Source: the human T2T-CHM13v2.0 reference genome, Homo sapiens
Direction: 5' to 3' (one strand)
NCBI RefSeq assembly: GCF_009914755.1
Contig: NC_060927.1
Length of the DNA: 64,000 bases
The notes below the pieces were generated by a model, which saw only the letters and a program-made list of their open reading frames with translations, was not told where the DNA came from and did not search any database. Below, one piece after another: positions 1-14,100 of the stretch (positions are counted from its first letter, which is position 1; the number at the start of each line of letters is the position of its first letter). A program made the translations under genes and the position numbers.

Positions 1-2239
1 CTACTACTAATACTCACAGCTGACAATTACTGAGCACTTGCTCCGTGCCAGGAATCACGGAAGCACCTCGCATGCATTTCCTCAATACTCCCCCCCAGTA
101 ACGGCGAGGACACAAAACTGGTAGAGCCAGGACTGGAATCCAGGCAGGCCCCAAGGCACTCCAGTGGAGCCTGCCAAGGAGGGCAGGCTACCATGCTAAT
201 GAGGTCCAGTATTTGACCACCACTCCTAGTTGAGCAAGTTTAACAGAAAACCTAAAACTAAACTTAAAATCTAAAAATTTGAGCAAATGCATAAAAAGCA
301 GCTGTTAAAATGGATCATAAATCTTGCATCACTCGCTGGAAAACCACTCAAAATAAACGTCTCTGAGACATGGCCTCTGAGGAGGGCACTCCGTGTGGCT
401 CGTATCACCCTGGTGACAAACCACGTGAACCTGGGTGGTCACCTGACCATATTGAACAGACGATGCACAGAGCCATTTGCATCCACTGTGGTCAACATTT
501 AGGAAGTTTTAAGCTAAGATTTGCCAAATTGTGGCCTACTGGATTCCGGGTTCTCTTGACATCTCTTTCTAGTCGCCATGTCTTGCACTTCCCGAGTATA
601 AATAAACTGAGATGCAAATAAAAAAAGGAGGATTTAAGAATAATGAAAAGAGAAAAATCAAGAAAGCACAATCACTAGTGTAGAGATAACAGAATTTCTG
701 AATTCCCTGAAAACAATCTATATAAATGCATGTGAAATAATACACCAGCATCTGTGGCCCATACGTCACATATTAGGAACTGATAACATAAGGTAAACAT
801 GTTACTCTGAAAACACAAATCCTCACAAATCATTAGGCAGTAAGACTGAATCCAGCACCTCCCCCACCCACAGCGCAGTGAGGCAGTGTCTAGCAGCCGT
901 AGTGCTCCCCGCGCCCCAGTTCAGTCTCTGGCAACATCAGATACTTCCCACTAATAACGAGGAGCCTTTCAACATTTTCACAACATCTCAAAACTGACCC
1001 CTTTTCTAGCTTAAATGGCACGGATCTGGAAAGGCAAACTATACACAGAATCAGAAAAGATGACTGCCCCTGAGGGATTACAGAAAAAGCAGCAGTCAGG
1101 TGTTCAATGAAGTAAAATGTATCCAATGATAGCTCAGGGGAGGGGGATCAATTGAGCTGAAACTGGCAAGAACGTAACTCCAGGGAGCTCACAACACGCA
1201 AGGACCCGGATTTCCCGCTGCCTGAACGCCCAATATTCGCACACTGATAAGAACGCCTCCCCATAACTCCCCTGCCAGCGCCTCCAACACCCCCAATCCT
1301 TTCCCCAGGAACCCAGTCCCAGTTTCTGCAGTTCCTGTAACAGCCACGTTCCCACACAAGTGCTGCCTGAGCTCCCCAAGCCCTCCAACAATCACCCCCC
1401 AGTGCCCTCGAAGGTCTATTCAGAGAAGTCACCAAGATGCAGTCACCCAGGAAATTCAAGGACCCCCAACTTACCAAAAGGCTTTCGGCTGGACAGAGCT
1501 AACCTTCCTATTCCCCTCCTAAACCTACAACCTAGTTTTCATTTCTCAAGAAGCCTTTCCCTGCGCTCACGCACGCCGTTGTTAGCTGGCTCGGTGAGGC
1601 ACTCCAAGCAGTAACAGCGGTAGCCACAAAATAAACCAGAAGCATCTCCACCATGAAGCAGTAATAATAATTTGTCCTAATGATTCCTTTGTCCTTGGAA
1701 AATCAACTTCAGAAAGAAAGTTATCCACTGTGAGCAGGGCAGGCTCGCGGCTTCTTGGTCCGGAGACCCAGGTCCCACTGGCCCACTCACCCTTGGAGAG
1801 AGCTTGCCGAAGCTGGGTGTCCGATATCACTCCACTCCTCTCTATCAACCCTATAACATCAAGAAGACCAAACAAGCTGGCGATCGAAAGTTCAGGAAAA
1901 GCAAAACAAACGTCTCCTGTCAACCCTGCACCGACTCTGGAAGGCTCCCTCCTGGAACCTCCGCCTCTCCGGTCCCGCTGAGGAGTACAGCGGAATCAAG
2001 GAAGTGCCCCAGGAGCCACGTCCAAGTGTGTTCTTCCCCTAAGAGGCCAATCATCTTTCTCTCTCTTTTCCCACCTCAATCCTTCCCTTCCTTCCCCTCC
2101 TGACCTGTCTGAATTCCCATTTGCACCAGTTTCCCTTTTTCACAGACAAGACAAGATTCCCTCAGATAACTAAGCCATTCCCTGGCCATGAGTTACTACA
2201 GTTTCGGTCATTCATTCAGTGGAAAAGCGACCAGGGACA

Positions 2240-3919
<1,680 letters not shown>

Positions 3920-4999
3920 TTAGGTTTAACCTGCGCCCCCGCGCTCTGCATCAGCGCGGTCCCCGACCCCGTGCAGTTGGAAACACTGGGCGCCTCCCTG
4001 CCGGGCCCCTTCCCGCCCCTGTGGTGGTGCAGCCCTGCCTCCCGCAAGACAGCACTGCCTTCGTGCTGGACACAGTTCTATGGTGGAGCCTGGAGTGCCT
4101 GTAGCACAAATCCCGGAGTTGGGAAGTGCCCACCTTTGGGCCAGTGTGATCCCTGGGTCTTTCCCGGGGTGGTCTCATGCGGCCTTCCACTCCAGTCCTG
4201 TGTCCTGTGCCCCGGTTCAGAATACTACAATTATTCTCGTTATTTCATGGGGTTATTCCAGCTTTTCAGTTTCGTCAGTGCCTCATTCCATGAATGCTAA
4301 CTTTTTTCATCCTCATAGTTCCTAGGGTTGTCTCTGAATTTTCACCCAGTTGCCTACCAAGATGTTGTCTGTGTCTAATGCAGGGGACGGTGCAGGTCTG
4401 AATATCTTACCCACAGCTCACCTTTTTGGTGCCTTTGATCCGTGTTAGGAATTATCCACATCTTCTCTCTGGGCAGTATTCTACTTTCTTTTTCTATTGA
4501 CCCAATTATTTTACTTCTTTGGTGTGTCCTTTCTCCTAACACATACAGGTTCACTTTGAAACCTTGAAACCCACATTTACAAAAACATTTTCAATATGAA
4601 ACATTGTTCCATGACTCATTACTGGAGTACCATCAACATTTACATTTCCAGACCACCCACTGCCCAGTGGTTTTCTTGGTCTCAGTACTCATGAAAACGG
4701 TCTGAAGGTTTGTTTTGGGTTCCTAAGTAGTAGACACACGCACAACACTGCCTGTCAGTTATTTCTTGGAAACTAAATCAGCCCTTCTGTTGCCATCCTA
4801 TCATGCTTCAGGGGTGCCTGTGCTAGTTTTTAATTCTTTGTTCTAACACTTAAATGTTTGCTCAAACACCCATATTAATACTTCCTCTTAGTTTACAAAA
4901 GGATTTACTTTCTTACTGGTTGGGATGAAGCTGCTTGAGGTTGCCACCTGTTATTTTTCCTTCATTTATTGGACCATGTCATCCCATTACATGTCAGCC

Positions 5000-5130
5000 G
5001 TGGAGGTTTTCAAACTGTGGTCCCTGGACATGTTAAAAATGCAAATTCTCAGGCTGAACCAGGACTGAATTGGAAGATCTGGGGTAGGGTCCCCCTAGGA
5101 CTGAATCAGAAGATCTGGGAGGGTCTGGTG
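5000..5130. mobile_element. MER5-like DNA transposon fragment
   Basis: gttttcaaactgtggtccctggac...ttaaaaatgcaaattctcaggc motif typical of MER5A. Confidence 0.45.
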
Positions 5131-6063
5131 CTGTGCACCCCGACATTCCCTCACTACCCCACTGCCTCTCCCTGCCCTGTGGTCACCACAGCAGCCGCCT
5201 CTGCAACCTTGACTATCAGCATGCAGGTCCCAGGGCTCGGGGGTCTCCTAACCCGTGCACCCCGACATCCCCCTCACTACCCCACCGCCTCTGCCTGGCT
5301 CTGCCTCTGCGTGGCTCCTCTCCTGCTGCCCCCAGAAGGTTTTTGTAAAGCCCGACTCAGGGCGTGCATGGCCTCTCCCTCTCCCACACATGGTTTCCCC
5401 ATCCCCTCCACCTCAGCAAACACACAGCACATCCAGGAGCCACGTGGGACCACAGTGTCCCATGGCCGGTCCCCGAGATCCCTTGGATGTCTCACTCTGG
5501 TGAGCCCCTCGCTCCAGTGCCCTCCAGGAAGCCCCCGTCTCCCCATACAGAAGGGATCTCTTCCCTCCTGAGCCATCGGTGCCCGACCCTCCCTCTCCTC
5601 TGTCGCCCCATTTGTGGCAGGTCAGCCACACCCGTGAGCCCCGGAGCTCCGTGAAGGCCGTCACGGCTCCTTATGACGGCGCCCAAACAGTGCAGGCGGC
5701 CGGAAGCTGTTCCCTGATGAAAGAAAGGAAGAGGAAAGGAGGAGGGAGGGAAGAAGGCCTTTTCTTGTCCCGAGAGACTTCTGTAGGAATTTTTGGGTGA
5801 TACTGAGCATGGTAGACCCAGGTCATCTTTCCATGAGAGGGGCCAGAGTACCGCAGGCTCAGCCGCGGTCAGGGGCTCAGGGCGCCGGGGAAGCATTCGC
5901 GTGGGCTCCCCCCACGGGCCGCCTTTGCCACCAAGACCCACTCTTCCAGCCAGGCCTTGGGCCGGCCCTGCTTTCCCTTCGGACAAGGTCTTCAGTCCAC
6001 CGAGAGGATGGCCCACCTCCTGCCCCTGGGTCAGTGCGCAGCCCCAGGGAGGAGCTGTGTGAA

Positions 6064-7673
6064 CCTGGGAGGTGCTGGGGAGCAAGGGTGCTCCACCAAG
6101 GGAGGCAGGAGGCCGGAGACCAGCCCAGCCCAGGAGGAGCCTGGCCAGGAGTCCCACCAAAGCCACTGGACCCGGGGAGCCTCCAGTGACCCAGCCTTGT
6201 AGGGTCAGCACTGTCCCTAGGACAGAGTCTGCTTCGCACACAGGTCTCGCTGTCTGTGGAGGCTGCAGGCCCCGATGCCTGGGCACACGGACTGACGGCA
6301 ACCCTCGGGGTGGGAGGCCCCAGATGGGACTTCCTGGCCTGCCCGGGGTGGCGGGGGGGCGGGTGGGAGAGGACGGAGCGTCTGTGTGCATGTGTGAGAG
6401 CCTCAAGGACGGCATGTCTGTGAAGATGGCTTCACCCAGCCGCGGCTGCCTTCCGTGTGTGGGCAGCGGTGACGGAGCCGTGACCTCACGGGACAGCCTT
6501 TGCCGTGTGGTTTTCCCGCCTCTGGTCCCTTTCCTGGGCTGAGGATCCTGGCTCTGGGGCTCAAGGTGTGGGGTTCGCCAGCACCGGCTCCTGCCATAGA
6601 CATCCTGGTGGCCCTGGCACAGGCCTGTCCTCCAGCATGGTTCCTAGACCCACCACGCAGGACTCCTAGGCCCCTGAGGGTTGGCAGGAGTGAGGCAGGC
6701 AGTCACCAACTGCCCTTGGGTGAGGCTGGTGGCCAGGGGGGGACCCAGCAGGTGCAAGCCAGGCGATCCCCAGCAGCCGCCGGAGCCCATGTCTTTCCCA
6801 CCGCACAGCACAGCCAGGACATGGGGGTCAGGCCATTACTTACGCTTCTAGTCCTTACATCACCCACAACTTACCCCTGACCTGTGCCTGGCTGTGGTGC
6901 CCGCAGCCTGGGCTCCACATAAACACAGGCCAAGAAGTCCCATCTGCAGCCTCCCACCCCAAAGGTTTCCGGCAGTCCGGGCTCCCTGGGCACCGGCCCT
7001 GCAGCCCCCACAGACAGAGAGACCCCTGTGTGAAGTCCGGGCTCCTCAGGCACTGGCCCTGCAGCCCCCACAGACAGAGAGACCCGTGTGTGAAGTCCGG
7101 GATCCTCAGGCACCAGCCCTGCAGCCCCCACAGACAGAGAGACCCGTGTGTGAAGTCCGGGCTCCCCGGGCACCGGCCCTGCAGCCCCCACAGACAGAGA
7201 GACCCGTGTGTGAAGTCCGGGCTCCTCAGGCACCGGCCCTGCAGCCCCCACAGACAGAGAGACCCGTGTGTGAAGTCCGGGATCCTCAGGCACCGGCCCT
7301 GCAGCCCCCACAGACAGAGAGACCCGTGTGTGAAGTCCGGGATCCTCAGGCACCGGCCCTGCAGCCCCCACAGACAGACCCGTGTGTGAAGTCCGGGCTC
7401 CCCAGGCACCGGCCCTGCAGCCCCCGCAGACAGAGAGACCCGTGTGTGAAGTCCGGGCTCCTCAGGCACTGGCCCTGCAGCCCCCACAGACAGAGAGACC
7501 TGTGTGTGAAGAATCCGTTTGAGGGACAGTGCTGACCCTCCAGGGCTGGGTCACGGAGGCTCCAGTGGCTTTGGTGGGACTCCTGGCCAGGCTCCTCCTG
7601 GACTGGGCCTGGGCTGGTCTCCGGCCTCCTGCCTCCCTTGGTGCAGGATCCTTGCTCCCCAGCTTCCCTGGGA
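6064..7673. repeat. Inverted repeat: left arm 6064-6341, right arm 6927-7673 (containing the VNTR)
   Basis: The reverse complement of 7470-7673 and 6927-6995 matches 6064-6341 (e.g. ccaggaggagcctggccaggagtcccaccaaagccactgga; gggtgggaggc..cagatgggacttc.tggcctg). Confidence 0.85.
6975..7511 (+). repeat. 60-bp minisatellite, 9 copies
   Basis: Unit gtccgggctcctcaggcaccggccctgcagcccccacagacagagagacccgtgtgtgaa at 60-bp spacing, with one 56-bp unit. Confidence 0.97.
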
Positions 7674-7819
7674 AATCCGACGCCTTCTGATCCTGCATGC
7701 ATCCGGCACCCCTGACGCTGGCGGAGTTGCCTTTCTGCGTGTATAGCTCCTAACAGGGCAGCACAGCCGTTCTGAAACCTCACACATCATCACTGGGGTG
7801 GCTGAGGCTGGGCCACCTG

Positions 7820-8240
7820 GTGTTCACCTCCTGACCCTGGAACTGTGCAGAGAACCTCTCTTCAAATAGGAGGCAGGTCTTTGTGGCTGTGTTTAAGTTA
7901 AAGATCTTGAGATAAGGAGGTCATTCTGGATTAACTCGTTGGCCCTACATGCACGGCAAGTGTCCTTACACAGAGGCAGAGGGAGGTTAGACGCAGACAG
8001 AGGAGGAGGCCTCCTGGAGACCGAGGCAGAGGTGCAGCATTGTGGCCGCGGCCCAGGGACGCCTGGAGCCACAGAAGCTGGTGGAGGTGGCAGGGTCCTC
8101 CCCTGGAGCCTCTGGAGGGAGCACGGCCCATGGACTCGATTTCAGACCCCTCCCTGCTGAGCGGGGAGAGAATGAGTCCCTGTTGTTTTGAGCTGCCCAG
8201 ACTGTGGGGATCTGCCATGGCAGCTCCAGGACCCTCAGAC
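7820..8240 (+). mobile_element. MLT1 (MaLR) solo LTR
   Basis: taagttaaagatcttgagat...ccacagaagctgg...gagcctctggagggagcacggccc...tgttgttttgagc pattern of MLT1B/C. Confidence 0.7.
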
Positions 8241-11200
8241 CTTCGGCTCAGAGCCCCTCCAGCACTGAGCAAGACGACCACTCAGGGCCGCCCCTCCCCG
8301 CCCAGCCAGCATGTGCCTCGCTGCTCACCCGACCATGCAGCCCTCAGTTACAGATGCCTGCCCGGGATACGTGGGACGGGGGCTGCGGCTTCCCTGGGGA
8401 CGGGGTGCGTGGAGCCTGCCTGCAGCCGTGTTCCTGTTTACGTGCTGAGTGAAGCTGGACCTGGGTGGGATGGGGCATTCTGCCCAAGGGTCTCTTGGGG
8501 GGTCCATGAGGACTGTGTTCTGACGATACTGCCCTCCTTCCTGAGGCTGCCGTGGGGCTCCATGGAGGCCATGGGGTGGTGAGGACGGAAGAACACCTAG
8601 GCTGGGCTCCTGGGACCCCAGCAGCAGCTGAAGGCACTTGGAGCACCACAATTCCCACCCACGGGCCAGGCAAGGCCAGAACCGTCCCCAAAGAAGGGAG
8701 CAAGGAGACACGGCCTTTTAGTGATAATATCATAACCAAAAAGTTCTTTAACATTTTTTCATTTTTTTCTGTCACTCAATATTTTTAAAATTATATGTCC
8801 ATTTTTTAAATTATTTCACCCATCTAATCATTGCCATCTATACCAAACAAAAAAATCTATGCACCGGTGTTCACAAAGCATTTAAGATGCCTGTGAAATG
8901 TAATAAGAACTAACTGCAGCTGCACAATATTCCCTCGTATGTATGTTATCACCATGCTGACGCTGGGCACTCAGAGCATTTAAAGGTTTTTATTATAATG
9001 AATTCTGCAATGAACATCTTTCTATATAAATTTTTGTGAGTACTTTGCATTATTTCCTAAAATAAATTAGAAGAAGGAATGATGAATCGGAGAATGTAAA
9101 CACTTGGAGCTTTTGAAACACACAGTTTTTATAAATTAGAGTCTGTAGTTTTAATTCAGGGAGATTGTTGTGTCTCAGAAGATATTTCACGGTGAAGTCT
9201 CACCTGACGGCACTTCCTCGTCCTCCACAGAGCCGTGTGTCTAGGGCCCGGGGTGCGGAACGGGCAGTTCTTCAACACAGTGAGCGGCAGCGGGCGTCCC
9301 GAAGGTTCTCAGGCCTTGTCTCCGTGGAGGGCATTTTGTGGCCTCTCCCAGGGCAGCCGGCAGGAGCCAGGCGAGAACAGATGCGTCTGTAGCAGGAGGG
9401 CGTTGATGCCTCTGAGGTTGTAGCGAGGTTGGTATTTACCTTTTCCTCCTGGTCCATTCTGAAGCTCCAAAGAACGGTCAGTTTAATACAGAGACACAAT
9501 TACAGCAAGCATCTAGTGTGAGGCGAGTCACGCATTTTGGCTAGAATTACTCAGGGCGTTGGAAAATCACAAACCTTTTCAAGTAACTTGCAAATTGCTA
9601 GCATTCTCTCTGCAAGACAAGAGGTGCTGTCTGTGCCCTGACCCCTGACTCCACACCCCAGCTTGTTCTGCCCCTTTCTGATTGTTCTAAGTAACTGACA
9701 TACTTAGAGCAGTTTAGAGCCACGTCGTGGCCTTTCGAGGCCGGCGTGCTGTGATATTTTCCTACAGAGCGCGGTCACTTCCAGAGGCGAGAGAGGCACA
9801 GAATTCTATTCTGAGAATCCCTGGGACGCACGCCGCGGTGGCTGTGAGTATGAAGGCAGATGCTGTGGAACAGCCTGGAAAGGAGGCGGGGTCCGTGGCC
9901 CCTGGCAGTGCCCGGAGCTGAGCAGCCACCTTCCTGGAGGAGAAGCCCTGGGCCAGATGCCTGAGAATGACACACGCAGGCCCAGCTGTTCTTCAGAGAT
10001 ACAGAGCGACCCACCGTCTGCTTTGCTGGGACTGTCCAGTGTTCGCAGGGAAAGTCCTGCATCCGGTACGCTGGGGCGGTGGCTGCACCAGCTGAGAACC
10101 AGTCTCTGATTTTCGGGGTGAGAAAAGTAGAGGTGGGTGCTCTACCTGAATGCTCACCAGCTCAGGGGTGCAGCTGAGCAGTGGACATCAGTCAGACATC
10201 TCTGTGAAGTGTTAGCTGGAAGAGTATCATGGAACCATTAGCAGCCACTTGAGGTTAGGCCCAAACCAGTGGGGCCCACCGCATCCAAACACTTGGGGCC
10301 ACCTGCCGTCATCAGGGGTGGCCCACCTTTCTTCTGAGCGGGGATTCTCTTCCTGCCTGGAGGCAGCAGTTTGGCTACAGAGCTGCCTTTGAGAGCGAGA
10401 CCCCGTCTCCCCTCCCTGCGTTCCCAGGACTTTGTGAAGAAGAGAAAGTGAGTGGCTCTTCCTTTCTCCTGAATCTCGGCTGTGGGGCTGCCCGCCGCCC
10501 TCCTCCTCCCACCCTAGGCTGCCTGACCCATGGAGGCCGGCCTGAGACAGACGCATCCCCGAACACCAAGTGCCCCGTCTTCTAGGCCATTCCAGGGACG
10601 GATGAGTCAACATGGGCTTCTTATCCTAATGTTTTAATCTGGAACTCCGCTATTGATCTGATGTTTACAAAGGAACCCACGCGTGACATTAAACTGTCAA
10701 AAGAGAAGCCTGCACCCTGCGAGAATTCCTGCCTGAGATACTTTTTGTGAGTGTAAGTGCAGAGAGAGCCCACGCAAACCACAGGACACCAGAGCCACCG
10801 CCCTGCCCCTCCAAGCTGCTGGCACTCAAGCTCACCCTCTCTGGAGGAGCCATCATTCTGGCCTCAGATTCTCCTTCCAAAACACTGCAAACAGAATGTC
10901 AGGCAAAGAAAGAAAGAGCCAGGCACACATGGAGAGATGGCAATGTGAGTATAAGCGGTGAGAAACCCAGCAAATGAAAACATCTACATGAGAATGCAGA
11001 CGCAGCACCCTCAGACGCCGGCTGCAGAGAGCGCTGGAGACATTGTCCATGAGAAGAAAAAGAGAAGGTCAAGAACTTCAGTGGAGAAATAAAAATTACA
11101 CAAAAAGGAAAGATTTGGGTTTTTTTTCTTTGCTGATTGTATTCTTCCTATTCTCCCTCCACTTTCTTTTTAGAACTCCAACTTTTCTCATTGCGTTCTC

Positions 11201-11417
11201 TATTTTCTCATTGCAGTCTCTATTTCTATGCCTATTTGTAAATGCAATACAAAGATGATTGCCTGGGAAAAATACAAGCAACATTTCAGAACTCAATAAG
11301 TGGGTTTAAAAATAGTTTAGATATCACTGAACAATAATGAATAACTAGAAAGTAGGTCAGAAGAAGATTCTCAGAATGAAGGACAGAAGCATAAGGAGGA
11401 AAATAGACAAGAGCAAG

Positions 11418-12190
11418 TGTGAGGGACTGAACCGTGTCCTCCCAGAATGCACATGCAGAAGCCTGGCTTAGTTCTGGCTGCCATAACAAAATGCCATAGA
11501 CTGGGGGCTCAGAAACAACAATGCATTTCTCACAGCTTTGAAGGCTGGGGAGTCTCAGATCAAGGTACCGGCAGATTCCGTGTGTGGTGAGGACCGGCTT
11601 CCCTGGTGTGTCACTGCGTCCTCACATGGGGGATGGGGGAGGGGCGCTCTGGGGCCTCTTTTATGAGGACACCGATCCCATGATCAGCGGTCCACCTTCA
11701 GGACCCCGTCCCTACCACAGGCCCCATCTCCTAACACCATCGCCTTGGGGGTGAGGATTTCAACAGATGAATTTCGGGGAACACGGACATTCAAACCCTC
11801 ACAAAGCCCCACCCACCAAGGAGAGTCTGTCTGGAGAGAAGACATTAGGGAGGTAATTAAGGTGAAGTGCAGCCAGCAGGGTGGGGCCCTGATCCGATAG
11901 GACTGGAGTCCTTATGAGAAGAGGAAGAGACACCAGATTGCGTGTGTGTGCATGTGTGCGTGTGTGTGCACGTGTGTGTGCGTGTGTGCATGTGTGTGCA
12001 CGTGTGTGCGCGTGCACATGCGTATGCACAGAGAAAAGGCCTTGTGCACACAGGGAGCAGGTGGCCCTCCACAAGCCAGGAAGAGAGGCCTCACTAGACT
12101 AACCCTGTCCCTGTGTTGATCTTGAACTTGCAGCCACCAGGGTTGTGGAGCCCCTGGTCTGTGGTGCTGGCTTATGGCAGCCCTACTGCC
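11418..12190 (+). mobile_element. MLT1A-like LTR interrupted by a nested LTR and a (TG/CG)n tract (11938-12025)
   Basis: 5' part gactgaaccgtgtcctccc, resuming at 11804 with ggtaattaagg...gataggactggagtccttatgagaagaggaagagacaccaga. Confidence 0.7.
11464..11803 (-). mobile_element. MaLR (MLT1A0/MST-like) solo LTR, nested, with 5-bp TSD aagcc
   Basis: TG...CA ends, aagcc at 11459-11463 and 11804-11808, and the gctgccataacaaaatgccatagactgg motif. Confidence 0.8.
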
Positions 12191-12559
12191 CCAGTGAGAT
12201 GGGAAGAGACAGCAGACACAATGAGAAGACACCACACGTGAGTAACTGGAGTTCTGGGAAGGAGAGAAAGAATAGGCAAAATCAGCATTTAAAGTGGTAA
12301 TGGCTTAAAATGTTCCCAAACTGACGCAAGCCACCCCGGCCCCGGTGGGCTGCTTCTGACCCTGTGACCCGGGGCTGTCACCGCAGGAGCCTCCCTGGCC
12401 GCCTGGCTATTTGCTGTCACCACGGCAGGCCTGCTGTGGCTGCCTCCCCTCTGCAGATGCCACCGGGTGCCCTGGGGAGCGGCAGGCACTTCCTTTCCCG
12501 CACTCAAGATGCCCACATTTTGAAAACCCGAGGGGGCACATTGGATTCTCCAACTACAC

Positions 12560-12970
12560 ACTTTCAAAAGCCAAATGGAATCAACCTGGGTGCCTATCAA
12601 TGGATGAATGGATACAGAACACGTGGTATCTTACGCAATGGAATACTCCGCAGCCATAAACAAGAATGAAATCATGTCGTTTGCAACAACATGGATGGAA
12701 TTGAAGGCTGTCATGTTAAGGGAAGTAAGCCGGGGTAGAAAGACAAATGTACCATGTTCTCACTCATTTGTGGGCACTGAAAGAGTGGCTCTTACAGAGG
12801 CAGAGAGTTGGCTGGTGGTTCCCAGAGGCTAGGCAGGGTGTGTGGGTGAGAGGCAGACAGAAAGTGAGGCTGGTTATGGGGCACAAACATGCAGTCAGGT
12901 GAAGGAGTAAGTTCCAGTGTTCCATAGTACAGTTCACAGACCAAAGGCAACAATCAGTTACTGTATATTT
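12560..12970 (+). mobile_element. L1MA-type 3' end fragment
   Basis: aatggaatactccgcagccataaacaagaatgaaatcatgtcgtttgcaacaacatggatggaa is the classic L1 ORF2 end/3'UTR. Confidence 0.85.
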
Positions 12971-13299
12971 CTGCCTCCTCCTCCCCGGGAAGCAGCTGGC
13001 CAGTGCATCAGGGAACACAGGTCTCTTTCCTCTGTCTTCCTCCATCAGGCTCCGGAAAGCTTTCCCCAGAGAAGACGCCAGACAGCAGGGGCTGCCTCCC
13101 GGGGCTTTTGTGACCCAGCCTGTTTCTCCATCCGAGCTGCAACCTCTGGGTGGGGGTGTCTGCACCTGGGGTGTGTGAGAGAGAGTGAGTGAGGGAGCGT
13201 GCCTGTGCCTGTGTGCGTGCATCTGTGTTCCTGCGGGCTGTGCCTCTCTGTGCACGTGTGTGCAGCCATGCGTGCGTGTTCACACGTGTGGAGTGTGTG

Positions 13300-14100
13300 C
13301 GTGCGTCCGTGCCTGGGTGTGGCGGGTGGTGAGGCTGGCAGAGCGTCCTGACCCCTCGGGCCCCAGGCCTTGTCCCTCTTCTCCGTGTCCCAATCTTCCT
13401 TCAACCGCCCGCCCCGCCCCTGCCTTTGGTGGCCTGGAGTCCCCACCGGCTCTGGGTACTAGGGCGCCGGGCAGCGCGGGAACTAACGGGCAGAGTCTGT
13501 GGGGTCGGGATGACTGAAAACAGGCCCTGTCTTCGGTTTAGGCTCAGGCGGAAACCCCCCGGGGGCCTCTGGGGGCTGCGGTCGGTGCCAGGGGTCCCGG
13601 GCAGCTGCCTGAACGCGCACAGCGGCTCCTGCCCCGCAGCCTCCGCCCCGCGCCCGCGTCCTCGGGCCGGCAGCGCCCCCTGGTGCCGCCTCGGGTCTGT
13701 GCAGGGCCGGGCGGGCTGCGCGGAGCACCTGCAGGCGCCTCCATGGGTGACGGAAGACAGAGGGGCTGACCAGGTCTTCTACAGGTCAGTGGGCGATCAA
13801 CAGCTGGACGCGTAGCAGGGGGCAGCCAGGTGGCCTAAGAGAATTCAGCAAGGCCGACTGCAGGCCGAGAGTCACCGGGAACTCACCTGGAAGGAGTGGA
13901 TGTGGCCGCCCCAGGACCACCCTGTTCCAGGTGCCCGGCCCCGGCCGTGGAGCCCTTGGACGTATCTGTTTCTTCAGCTGCAGCGAGCGGGGTCCCGGTG
14001 CTGAGCAGAAGACCCTGTGCTGCGGTCCCTGTGCTCCCTGGCAGCTGTGCGAGGAACTCTGACCTTTGGGGCCCCTGGGCACCTACCCTGTTGGTTCCTG
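13300..14100. promoter_or_regulatory. CpG island / candidate promoter
   Basis: Dense CpG and GC boxes (ccgccc) at 13400-13740, with a consensus donor CAG|GTGAGT on minus at 13887/13886. Confidence 0.55.

Noticed and set aside
4969-6542. 200-aa and 307-aa ORFs
   Set aside because: No recognisable domain, GC-rich, overlapping in multiple frames, and no exon structure.
6855-7535. Repeat-protein ORFs on both strands
   Set aside because: A by-product of a 60-bp unit (multiple of 3) that is open in several frames.
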